The position numbers and the translations under genes are program-made. A DNA stretch of 32,000 nt from Coprobacillaceae bacterium (lineage in GTDB: Bacteria > Bacillota_I > Bacilli_A > Erysipelotrichales > Coprobacillaceae). This document shows positions 9,595 to 20,678 of the stretch, in pieces. The stretch covers positions 1,620,001-1,652,000 of the forward strand of contig OY776328.1 in assembly GCA_963675515.1 (NCBI GenBank). The letters are read 5' to 3'. The notes under the pieces were generated by a model. The model was given only the letters and a program-made list of their open reading frames with translations, was not told where the DNA came from and did not search any database. Every line of letters begins with the position of its first letter. Positions within the stretch are counted from its first letter, which is position 1.

Positions 9595-10014
9595 AACAAT
9601 TCCTCCCAAAATATTCTTCACGACATTTTAACACGATTTCTACTTGAAACGATAGAGTTTATTGCGGATATGTGTAGTGTAATTGGGATATTACAGAGCG
9701 GAAACCGATTGACACTGAACCGTTCTAATTCGTCAATTTGGTGATTCGACTGCATATCTTGCCTATATATACTTGTTTTTTAAAAATATCGCAATAATTT
9801 CTATGCCAGCTCCTTTGCGTTTGGGCGATTGTAAATATTTTACTGAGGAAACGTCCTTTAGTGAGCATATAAATAAAATATTCCTTCATTTTAAGAGAAT
9901 TCAAACTCTTGATTTTCAAATAATCTGGGCTTTCAGGAAATTTTATATAGATTTCTAAAACAGTTAATTTTACCTATTTTGATAGAGTTGTAGCTATTTC
10001 TTTATGTTTCTCAT

Positions 10015-10284
10015 ATGTTTCTAATTACTGCTTCAGTATTGGGGTTGACAATGGTCGGGGCAATGGTGGCTACAACAGTTAACGTTCCTTTAACGCTATC
10101 ATACGAAATGAATGGGGCGTCTGTCGTTCTGCTGGATATAATTAATTCAATTTTTACTGGACTACTTGGCGTTTTACTGCTGTTTTCATTGATGCGATTG
10201 ATTAAAAAAGGGGTTCGTCTTACCCAGTTGATCATTGGAATACTTGTCTTCTCCCTGTTAGGTCCATTTGTTGGAATATTCTAG
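10015..10284 (+). pseudogene. 3' remnant (last ~89 codons) of a PTS mannose/sorbose/N-acetylgalactosamine-family EIID gene.
   Basis: GAMVATTVNVPLTLSYEMNGASVVLLDIINSIFTGLLGVLLLFSLMRLIKKGVRLTQLIIGILVFSLLG resembles the C-terminal two TM helices of ManZ/AgaD. An in-frame TAG at 9991-9993 lies just upstream. There is no RBS, and full-length EIID is ~270-300 aa. Confidence 0.65.
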
Positions 10285-10346
10285 TAGTTAAGCTGTGGGT
10301 ACCCTTCTGCAGCTTCTTCAATTTTAAGAAGGAGAAAATATTTTAA

Positions 10347-11524
10347 ATGATAATAAAATCTAAAAGAATCGTTTGTAAAGACCATATTCTTGATGGCTAT
10401 ATTTTAATTGAAAATGGATTAATCAAATCGTTGTTTCCGGTATCAAAAAATTTGGTTGCTGATCTTGATGTTGGAAACAACCGGATCATACCGGGCATTT
10501 TCGACACGTATAATCATGGTACCAAAGGATATTCCTTGATTGATAATTGTGATGAAGAAATAAAGGGGTATTTGAAGGGGTTGGCAAGTCAAGGTGTCAC
10601 AAGCGTATTTCCCACTTGCGGTTTGGGGGCAATTGCGACAATCGCTACAATGGCTCAAACGCCACAGGATGGTTCTAAGATAGTTGGCATACATAGCGAA
10701 GGACCGTGGCTGAATCGGGTTGGGGAAAAAGGTGTAAAAACCGGCTGGCCGGAAACCAACGTAGACACCGCAAAAAAAATGATTGAGGATGGCAAGGGAT
10801 TATTGAAACTTGTCGCGCTGTCTCCGGAAATTCCCGGAACTGAAGAACTGACGGCAATTTTTTTGGAAAATGGGGTTAAAGTTGCAATCGCCCATAGCGA
10901 TATGGACTTTCAAATGACAAATGACGCAATAGACAAAGGTGCAAGTGTAGCTACACATCTATGTAATGTTATGACAGGTCTCCATCACCGGGATATAGGA
11001 GTTTTGGGTGCATGCCTAATGAGAGATGGTGTTGATTGTGAACTGATATGTGATGGAATGCACGTCAGTCTACCAATGGTCCAATTGATATTGAAAACCA
11101 AGGATAATCACCAGATTATGATGATTTCGGATTGCACGCCGATGTCCGGAGCACCTGTCGGGCGCTACAAAGGATTTGGTCAGGGCATGGAATATATCAA
11201 TGTAACCAAAGAGGGATTTGTTCTAAGCGATCAGGGACGTCTTTGTGGAAGTTCGCAAGGTGTCATTTATGGAATAAGAAATCTCGTAGAGCAATTGAAT
11301 ATCCCAATTGAAAAGGTGATGAGATTAAGTGCTGAAAATCCGTGTCGAATCCATGGCATACAAAAAAAGGTTCGATTGATATTGGCAAAGATGCTGATGT
11401 AGTGGTTATTGATGATGCTTATAATGTATTGTATACATATAGTGAAGGAAGAAAAGTATATGACAGTTCTGTTGACGTCGATGTGTTTAATCCTGAATTC
11501 ATGAGAGCGTATGAACTTAATTAA
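10347..11524 (+). pseudogene. nagA: N-acetylglucosamine(/galactosamine)-6-phosphate deacetylase, frameshifted in an A7 run.
   Basis: RBS AAGGAG. GIHSEGPWLN, AHSDM, ATHLCNVM, ELICDGMHV and MISDCT match NagA blocks. The frame changes at AAAAAAA 11362-11368. The conserved C-terminus KGSIDIGKDADVVVIDDAYNVLYTYSEGRKVY continues in another frame to 11524. One extra A would restore ...IHGIQKKGSIDIG... Confidence 0.85.
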
Positions 11525-11617
11525 TAACATTGGTAATTAGAATAAGCATAGTAATGTAGCTGCTGTAGTTATCAATTCAAAATATGGGTATCGTTTATAG
11601 CGTTGAATGAAATAAGG

Positions 11618-12264
11618 GTGCGAAACGTTTCTCTATAAATGCCTAAACATGAAATGGAAGGATTTTCCAATTGGAAAATCACAACTGAATATTCAATACT
11701 TGGAATGATGGCTGTCATGTTAGCCTGAAACAAGTAGTCTGATACTCCTACACGCATGAGGTTATAACAGTAAAATCATGTGTGAAGCTAGGTGAAGTCG
11801 GCTGAACAATACCTAAGTGATATTTCATATGGTAAAGGATAGGCCGGGACGCTATAAATTATCTATGGTGAGAATGTCCGTGTAAGGACTGACGAAACTG
11901 CGAATGTACGGGTCTATAATCGAGTGCTATTGAAAGATAGTATGTTGCGTGCGCAACGATGAATATCGAAAAGTAAGAATCGTCACTATGAAATTCGAGA
12001 TACTCGACGATGAGAGTATAATTCATCAGGCTCATAGCAGGAACCTAAGGATAAATGTAAAGCTAGAATATTTGGAACGTTGTAAGCGAGAAACGTCTAT
12101 CAAACGACTGTTATCGGGACGGTAACTATAAGTGAAAACGAAATGTTTTTATTCTCGTGAAAGTAGGGGCACGGTACCGATGAAGCCACGAAAAATGGTG
12201 AAGGGATAGCCCCAAGTCTGGTTCTTAAAAATCAGTTACAGTTACGGTGTGGAGCGGGGGAAAT
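11618..12264 (+). mobile_element. Group II intron 5' fragment (domains I-III and the start of IV), without an RT/maturase ORF or domains V/VI. Alternatively, an unclassified large structured RNA.
   Basis: GUGCG at 11618-11622. A 9-bp long-range helix pairs 11625-11633 with 12088-12096. An 11-nt GNRA tetraloop receptor in hairpin form lies at 11810-11834 (CCUAAG...UAUGG). A GAAA-capped hairpin lies at 11927-11940. A domain-III-like helix at 12166-12213 has a GUGAAGGGAUAG internal loop. A purine-rich SD plus ATG at 12265 opens only a 25-codon ORF. No credible protein ORF exists on either strand. Confidence 0.6.
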
Positions 12265-12352
12265 ATGGAGATGATATCAAAATCTTACCTATCGCTATTA
12301 TGTTTTATCCAAATTACAACAATGCTACACAAAGAAGGATAGCAATAAATAG

Positions 12353-12380
12353 AAACCAGGACACGATGCCCTGGTTTTTT
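12353..12380. terminator. Rho-independent terminator downstream of the GH1 gene; usable in both directions.
   Basis: An 8-bp stem pairs AAACCAGG (12353-12360) with CCTGGTTT (12370-12377) around a 9-nt loop. A T-run follows on the + strand and TTTCTATTT follows on the - strand. Confidence 0.7.
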
Positions 12381-12384
12381 GCTT

Positions 12385-15236
<2,852 letters not shown>

Positions 15237-15346
15237 TCTTGTTCTCTCCTTTTTGTTTTTCGATAGCTATTTTTCAATAATCATCAGCTGATTGATTACG
15301 TTTACATTATATCCTTGCGCTACCGGTGTTCACAATGTCATAAATA

Positions 15347-15355
15347 TGCTATAAT
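15347..15355 (+). promoter_or_regulatory. TG-extended -10 promoter element for the AraC-family gene.
   Basis: TGCTATAAT, with TTCACA about 15 nt upstream. It sits 26 nt before ATG 15381. This argues against the upstream ORF starts at 15315 and 15357. Confidence 0.45.
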
Positions 15356-15380
15356 TATGGCAAAAAGTCAGGTGATAACA

Positions 15381-16370
15381 ATGAACAAGAGACAATTGAA
15401 CCAAAAATTATGGGAACTCTCGGAGGCGGAAATGAACTATCGTCACAATCCCCAGCAGCTTTCCTCCATATATGAGACGATGAACAGCAGTTTCATCGAC
15501 GGCAAGGAAGTTTTCCATTTCAAACTGGACAAGCTTCAGGAGAACAAGATAATGATCCGCAAGGACAGCCGGTTCACATTCGTGCCATTCTTTGTCCATT
15601 CCAATGTGAACATCAACTACATTTATTCGGGAGCATGCACATACTGCATCGAAGGCAAATATATAACCCTGCAAAAGGGCGATGTCTGCATATTTGACAA
15701 GAACGTCGTCCGTTCCAAGCTCAAGACCGGTTTTGATGATATTGTGATCAACATTTCGCTCTCAAACGATTTTTTCAACAGCGGTTTCATCAACCGGATC
15801 AACAAGCAATCGATAATCGCCAAGTTCATCATCGACGCCCTTTCGAGCAACAACGCCCATGACAACTATCTCGTTTTCGACAGCGGGCAGTCCAATCTGA
15901 TCAGGCAGCTTTTCGATTCGCTCCTTGAGGAGTACTATGACCAGGGACCTTACGCCAAAGAAGTGATCGACTCTTACATCGCAATCATCTTCATGAAGCT
16001 TTTGGAGCTGTATCAGGATAACCCAGAAAGCCATATCGTGAAGACATCAACAGGGCAAAATGACAATTTCATCAAGATTCTTAGCGACATCGAAATCCAA
16101 TATGCCACAATCTCCTTGAACGAACTTGCAGCGAAGTACGGCTACAATCCCAAATATCTCTCTGGACTGATCAAGGAGAAGGTCGGCAAATCATTCAAGG
16201 AACTTCAGACCGACAAACGTCTTGCCATGTCATGCTTCTATCTCGAAAACACCGATTTGCCGGTTAACGAGGTTGCGATAAAAGTTGGCTTCTCCAATCT
16301 TAACCATTTCTACAAGAAGTTCAATGACAGGTATCAAGCAACACCATTTCAATATCGCCACCAAAAATGA
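15381..16370 (+). CDS. AraC-family transcriptional regulator (cupin-like sensor domain plus C-terminal double HTH), divergent from the beta-glucoside genes.
   Basis: AGGTGA lies 7 nt before ATG 15381. The C-terminus LNELAAKYGYNPKYLSGLIKEKVGKSFKELQTDKRL...VNEVAIKVGFSNLNHFYKKFNDRYQATPFQYR is a typical AraC HTH pair. Confidence 0.8.
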   Translation: MNKRQLNQKLWELSEAEMNYRHNPQQLSSIYETMNSSFIDGKEVFHFKLDKLQENKIMIRKDSRFTFVPFFVHSNVNINYIYSGACTYCIEGKYITLQKGDVCIFDKNVVRSKLKTGFDDIVINISLSNDFFNSGFINRINKQSIIAKFIIDALSSNNAHDNYLVFDSGQSNLIRQLFDSLLEEYYDQGPYAKEVIDSYIAIIFMKLLELYQDNPESHIVKTSTGQNDNFIKILSDIEIQYATISLNELAAKYGYNPKYLSGLIKEKVGKSFKELQTDKRLAMSCFYLENTDLPVNEVAIKVGFSNLNHFYKKFNDRYQATPFQYRHQK

Positions 16371-16427
16371 GGGTGCCTTCGAATACGGACAGGTGGACAA
16401 GTATATCCACTAAACTGTCGTTTTGAC

Positions 16428-16456
16428 TTGACCACCGCAACTTGAAGGTTTACGAT
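16428..16456 (+). promoter_or_regulatory. Candidate sigma-A promoter for the flavoprotein gene.
   Basis: TTGACC, 17 nt, TACGAT, about 45 nt upstream of ATG 16501. Confidence 0.3.
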
Positions 16457-16500
16457 AATTGTATGATTTGTGTTATTGATATTTGAAAAAGGAGAGTAAA

Positions 16501-17118
16501 ATGAAAGTATTGTTGATCAACGGCAGTCCCAATGCCAAGGGCTGCACCTATACAGCTTTGAATGAAGTGGCGAATGCTTTGGAAGATAATGGTGTGGAAA
16601 GTGAAATCATCCAGGTCGGCCAAAAGGATGTCCGGGGATGCATCGGATGTCGCAAATGCAAGTCGACTGGAAAATGTGTCTTCGATGATATTGTCAACGA
16701 GGTGGCCCCCAAATTCGAGGCTGCTGACGGGATTATCGTCGGTTCGCCGGTTTATTACGCATCGCCCAATGGCACGCTGGTATCGTTTCTTGACCGGCTG
16801 TTTTACAGTGTCCCTTTCGACAAGACGATGAAGATCGGGGCATCGGTGGTAAGCTGCCGGCGCGGGGGCAACAGCGCGACCTTCGACATGTTAAACAAAT
16901 ATTTCGCCATTTCGCAGATGCCTATTGTCACCAGCCAGTATTGGAACATGGTCCATGGAAACACAGCCCAGGAAGTCATGCAGGATCTCGAAGGCCTGCA
17001 GACAATGCGGACTCTGGGTAGAAATGCCGCCTTCTTGATCAAAGCGATCGATATGGCCAAGGATAAAAATGGGCTGCCGGAAAAAGAAGAACGGGTAAGG
17101 ACGAATTTCATCCGGTAA
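16501..17118 (+). CDS. Iron-sulfur flavoprotein-like NAD(P)H-dependent FMN reductase (Isf family).
   Basis: RBS AAGGAGA. MKVLLINGSPNAKG is the flavodoxin-like fold start. A compact Cys motif CIGCRKCKSTGKC (C-x2-C-x2-C-x5-C, nt 16639-16677) is as described for Isf proteins. GSPVYYASP is also present. Confidence 0.75.
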   Translation: MKVLLINGSPNAKGCTYTALNEVANALEDNGVESEIIQVGQKDVRGCIGCRKCKSTGKCVFDDIVNEVAPKFEAADGIIVGSPVYYASPNGTLVSFLDRLFYSVPFDKTMKIGASVVSCRRGGNSATFDMLNKYFAISQMPIVTSQYWNMVHGNTAQEVMQDLEGLQTMRTLGRNAAFLIKAIDMAKDKNGLPEKEERVRTNFIR

Positions 17119-17140
17119 TACCGTCATAATTCATCAAGTT

Positions 17141-17167
17141 AAAGCAATTTTTACAATTGCTTTTTTC
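17141..17167 (+). terminator. Rho-independent terminator after the Isf-like gene.
   Basis: A 9-bp stem pairs AAAGCAATT (17141-17149) with AATTGCTTT (17155-17163) around a 5-nt loop, followed by a T-run. Confidence 0.75.
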
Positions 17168-17174
17168 TTTTCTG

Positions 17175-17183
17175 TGTTATAAT
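17175..17183 (+). promoter_or_regulatory. TG-extended -10 promoter element for the flavodoxin-like gene.
   Basis: TGTTATAAT sits immediately after the terminator, about 75 nt upstream of ATG 17259. Confidence 0.5.
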
Positions 17184-17258
17184 GGAGCTAGAAAAGGACC
17201 GTTAAGCGTATTTTTGGAGTGTTTTTGTTTATCTCAGGTGATGAAGGAGCGAGCAACC

Positions 17259-17738
17259 ATGAAAATTGCGGTTATTTATGATTCATATTTTGGGAACACC
17301 CAAAGAATTGCGGAGGTGATAGCCGACAGCCTCAAATCCGAAAATGAAGTCTGGCTAAGCAAGGTTGACAGCTGCCATCTCGACATGATCAAGGATTACG
17401 ACCTGGCTTTCTTCGGTAGCCCGACCAGGGCATTTAGGGCAACCAAGGAACTAAAGTCGGCTTTGATCGATGCGATCAAGTCAAATCCTGGGATGAAAGT
17501 CGCCATTTTCGATACCAGGGCCGATGTCGCCAAGATCGACAACAAGTTCCTGAAATTCATGGCAAAGAATTTCGGCTATGGAATCGACGACCTGAAAAAA
17601 GCGGCCCTTAAATACGGTGGCAATCTGGTCGGTGAGCCATTGGCTGTTTACGTGCTCGACACCGAAGGGCCCCTGGCGCTTGATGAGGAGTCCAAGGCGG
17701 TTGCCTGGGCCAAGGGACTGGTTGAACTGATCAAGTAA
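17259..17738 (+). CDS. Flavodoxin-like domain protein.
   Basis: AAGGAG lies 8 nt before ATG 17259; the upstream part of the 193-aa ORF overlaps the promoter and lacks an RBS. MKIAVIYDSYFGNTQRIAEVIA is the flavodoxin FMN-phosphate loop, and FFGSPT is also present. Confidence 0.75.
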   Translation: MKIAVIYDSYFGNTQRIAEVIADSLKSENEVWLSKVDSCHLDMIKDYDLAFFGSPTRAFRATKELKSALIDAIKSNPGMKVAIFDTRADVAKIDNKFLKFMAKNFGYGIDDLKKAALKYGGNLVGEPLAVYVLDTEGPLALDEESKAVAWAKGLVELIK

Positions 17739-17783
17739 TCTGATTGTAATTCCATTTGACGATATCTAGAAGGAGTGGTTCAT

Positions 17784-18650
17784 ATGTTCAACAAAGTTAT
17801 TATAGTTGCGGAAATTTCATTCAATGAAGAAGAACTGGTCAAAAAAGCCCGTCAGCTCAAGGAACTGGGAGTAAAGGAATGCCTGCTTTTACAGTGCGTC
17901 ACCAGTTACGAGGAAATGTCCCTGGTATCCCTGCATTTTAGCGACTTTCTCAAGGAGAATCTCGACAGGCAAATCAAGATCCTTATGGAAGTCGGCCTGA
18001 TAGTCAAATCAAAAAGACTGATTGACGGGGATATCGTAAAGGACATCAACAAGATTGGGGAGAGCGAAGGTTATGAGCTGATCGTGGTCGGTTCAGCCCG
18101 TCACACCATGATTGGGGAATTTCTTTTTGGCGGGGTCGCCTACGATGTGATCCACAGGACCAAACTGCCGGTATTCGTCATCAAGACAACGGGTGAAGGT
18201 GAGCGTGATGATATGCCAAGCGAGTTCACCCGCCATATCATGTTTCCAACCGATTTTTCCGACAATGCCAATCTGGCATTCGAGAAAATCAAGGAAATGG
18301 CCAGATATGACGTTGAAAAAGTCACCCTGGTCCATGTCATCAAGCAAAGCTGGCTCGAAGAGTATATGTCCAAACCGGTGGATGACTTCAAGGAGATGGC
18401 CCTGGAAAAACTAGAACAGCTAAAAGAGGAACTGGCCCCATACAATATACCGAACATTGAAGTCAAAGTAGCCTATGGCTCGCCAACCCAGGAACTCCTC
18501 AAGATCATCAAAGAGGAAGATGTCAAGCTGGTGGTCATGGGATCCCAAGGACGGGGCTTCATCAAGGAAATCTATCTAGGGAGCGTGTCCCATCACCTGT
18601 CAAGGACGGCGCCGTGCGCGGTGTTGCTCATCCCGGCAAAAAGAGACTGA
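17784..18650 (+). CDS. Universal stress protein with tandem UspA domains.
   Basis: RBS AAGGAG precedes ATG 17784. Two USP repeats are present: LIVVGSARHTMIGEFLFGGVAYDVIHRTKLPVFVI and LVVMGSQGRGFIKEIYLGSVSHHLSRTAPCAVLLI. Confidence 0.85.
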   Translation: MFNKVIIVAEISFNEEELVKKARQLKELGVKECLLLQCVTSYEEMSLVSLHFSDFLKENLDRQIKILMEVGLIVKSKRLIDGDIVKDINKIGESEGYELIVVGSARHTMIGEFLFGGVAYDVIHRTKLPVFVIKTTGEGERDDMPSEFTRHIMFPTDFSDNANLAFEKIKEMARYDVEKVTLVHVIKQSWLEEYMSKPVDDFKEMALEKLEQLKEELAPYNIPNIEVKVAYGSPTQELLKIIKEEDVKLVVMGSQGRGFIKEIYLGSVSHHLSRTAPCAVLLIPAKRD

Positions 18651-18662
18651 ATAATCAATCAA

Positions 18663-18692
18663 AAAAGGATAAGCTTTTGTTTGTCCTTTTTT
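18663..18692 (+). terminator. Weak candidate terminator after the USP gene.
   Basis: A 7-bp stem pairs AAAAGGA (18663-18669) with TCCTTTT (18684-18690) around a 14-nt loop, followed by a T-run. Confidence 0.3.
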
Positions 18693-18716
18693 AACAAGGG
18701 AAATAAGGAGAAGACA

Positions 18717-20678
18717 ATGACTACAAACATATTGACCAAATCGCTTTTCGCCCAGGCACTTACTTGTCCAACCAAGCTGTATTACGCCACCAATCCAGGC
18801 TACGTCAACACGGCAACTCTTGATCCCTTTCTCGAGGCCTTGGCTGATGGCGGATTCCAGGTTGGGGCTTTGGCCCGGGCCTATTATCCCCAAGGGATCA
18901 TGATCGATCAATTGGATCAGGGACTTGCCTTGGAACAGACCGCGAAGCTGCTCGAAAAGGATGAAGTTGTAATCTTCGAAGCGGCGTTGAAGTTTGGCAC
19001 CCTGTTTGTCCGGGTCGATATCCTCCACAAACATGACGGCATCGTCGAGCTTATCGAAGTCAAGGCCAAAAGCTATAATGCCAATAATGACACCTTCTTG
19101 ACCAACAAGAACACAGTGAAACGCGATTGGAAGGGGTATTTCTATGATCTGGCCTTCCAGAAATATGTGGCCGACCGGGCCCTGGACTGGCCCGTGTTTG
19201 GCTACCTCATGCTTGTTGACAAGAACGCTGTTTGCCCGGTCGACGGGCTCAATCAAAAATTCCAGCTTGAAAAACAACAGGGTCAAACCCGGGTGGCTGT
19301 CGGCAAGCTAAACCGTCAGGATCTTGAAAAGTGGCTGCTTGTCAAGGTTGCAGGTAATGATATCTGCAACCTGATCTATGACAATCCGGTCACTTTCAAT
19401 GGCAGAAGCTATGAATTCGAGGCGTTTGTCGAAATGCTCAAGAACAACCTGTTGCTTAACACCAAAATCTCCATGCCTTTATCAAAAGCATGCCAGAAAT
19501 GCGAGTACCGGCCAGCCAAAGAAAAGCTTGTTCAAGGCGGCAAGCATGGCTTTAATGAGTGCTGGAAGGAGCAGGCGGGGCTAAGTTCCATGCAGTTGGA
19601 AAAACCCCTGGTGATCGATATCTGGAATTTTTTGCGGAAGGACGAATTGCTCAACAAGGGCGTCTTTTTGATGGAGGATGTGCCTGAAGATTACTTTGGG
19701 CCTTTTGCAGGCGATGGATGGTTGTCCAATGGTGGCCGTCATCATCTCCAGGTGGCCAAGGTCAAAGACGACGACAACACACCTTTTGTGGTCCAGGACG
19801 GATTGCATAGCGAGCTGGCCGGTCACAGATATCCGCTTCATTTCATCGATTTCGAAACCGCAATGGTGCCCATCCCCTTCACCAAAGGGCGCCATCCTTA
19901 TGAAGGGATCGCTTTCCAGTTTTCCCATCATATCATGAACGATGACGGTTCGTTTGAACACTTCGGAGAGTTCCTTGATGCATATCCGGGCCACTTTCCC
20001 AACTTCGATTTTCTGCGCGAACTCAAGAGGCAGCTGGAAAATGACAATGGTACGATATTTCGCTACGCCACTCATGAAAACACTTATCTCAATATGATCC
20101 ACAGCCAGCTGCAAGATTCCCAGGAAACAGACAGGGATGAACTTTGCGCCTTCATCGAATCGATCACCCACTCGATTTCGGGGTCTTTGAAAAGCTGGAA
20201 GGGGCATAGGGACATGGTCGACCTGTGCGAAATTATCAAGAAGTACCACTACGATCCGGCGACCAAGGGATCGGTTTCAATCAAATACGTCCTGCCGGCC
20301 TTCATGAATTCATCGAAGCGGTTAAAACAGCTCTATTCCACTCCCATCTATGGAAGCGAAAGGGGCATCAGGAGTCATAATTTCAGGGACTTCACCTGGT
20401 ATGTGGAAAAAGACGGAAAGGTAATGGATCCCTACACCTTGCTTCCTGCTGTGTTCGACGATCTTGATCTTGGTGATCTTGAGAGGCTCAGTGAAGACGA
20501 GTATCTGAAAAACGGCGGGGCAGCCTTGATGGCCTACAACAAGATGCAGTTCACCGACATGTCCAAAGCCGAACGGGATGCGCTGGAAGTGGGGTTGTTG
20601 AAGTACTGCGAACTCGACACCCTGGCTATGGTCATGGTCTATCAGGGTCTGCGGGAGCTTGTTGAAAAGCCGCTTTGA
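18717..20678 (+). CDS. Two-domain protein of unknown function: an N-terminal Cas4/RecB-like PD-(D/E)xK nuclease domain with four Cys, plus a C-terminal DUF2779 (RNase H/DnaQ-like) domain.
   Basis: RBS AAGGAGA precedes ATG 18717. VRVDIL...ELIEVKAKS gives D...ExK (nt 19017-19064). Cys codons start at 18765, 19491, 19500 and 19560. HFIDFETAMVPIPF..GIAFQFSHH..RYATHENTYL..YCELDTLAM is the DUF2779 pattern as I recall it. Confidence 0.7.
   Translation: MTTNILTKSLFAQALTCPTKLYYATNPGYVNTATLDPFLEALADGGFQVGALARAYYPQGIMIDQLDQGLALEQTAKLLEKDEVVIFEAALKFGTLFVRVDILHKHDGIVELIEVKAKSYNANNDTFLTNKNTVKRDWKGYFYDLAFQKYVADRALDWPVFGYLMLVDKNAVCPVDGLNQKFQLEKQQGQTRVAVGKLNRQDLEKWLLVKVAGNDICNLIYDNPVTFNGRSYEFEAFVEMLKNNLLLNTKISMPLSKACQKCEYRPAKEKLVQGGKHGFNECWKEQAGLSSMQLEKPLVIDIWNFLRKDELLNKGVFLMEDVPEDYFGPFAGDGWLSNGGRHHLQVAKVKDDDNTPFVVQDGLHSELAGHRYPLHFIDFETAMVPIPFTKGRHPYEGIAFQFSHHIMNDDGSFEHFGEFLDAYPGHFPNFDFLRELKRQLENDNGTIFRYATHENTYLNMIHSQLQDSQETDRDELCAFIESITHSISGSLKSWKGHRDMVDLCEIIKKYHYDPATKGSVSIKYVLPAFMNSSKRLKQLYSTPIYGSERGIRSHNFRDFTWYVEKDGKVMDPYTLLPAVFDDLDLGDLERLSEDEYLKNGGAALMAYNKMQFTDMSKAERDALEVGLLKYCELDTLAMVMVYQGLRELVEKPL

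Noticed and set aside
9725-9958. Overlapping 64-aa (-) and 61-aa (+) ORFs in the AT-rich gap.
   Set aside because: Their composition is Lys/Ile/Phe-rich, typical of AT-rich non-coding DNA. They have no RBS and overlap each other on opposite strands.
12265-12342. The 25-codon ORF (MEMISKSYLSLLCFIQITTMLHKEG) as a real small protein or the intron-encoded protein.
   Set aside because: It has no similarity to RT/maturase N-termini and is far too short. It most likely marks the position where the intron ORF was truncated.
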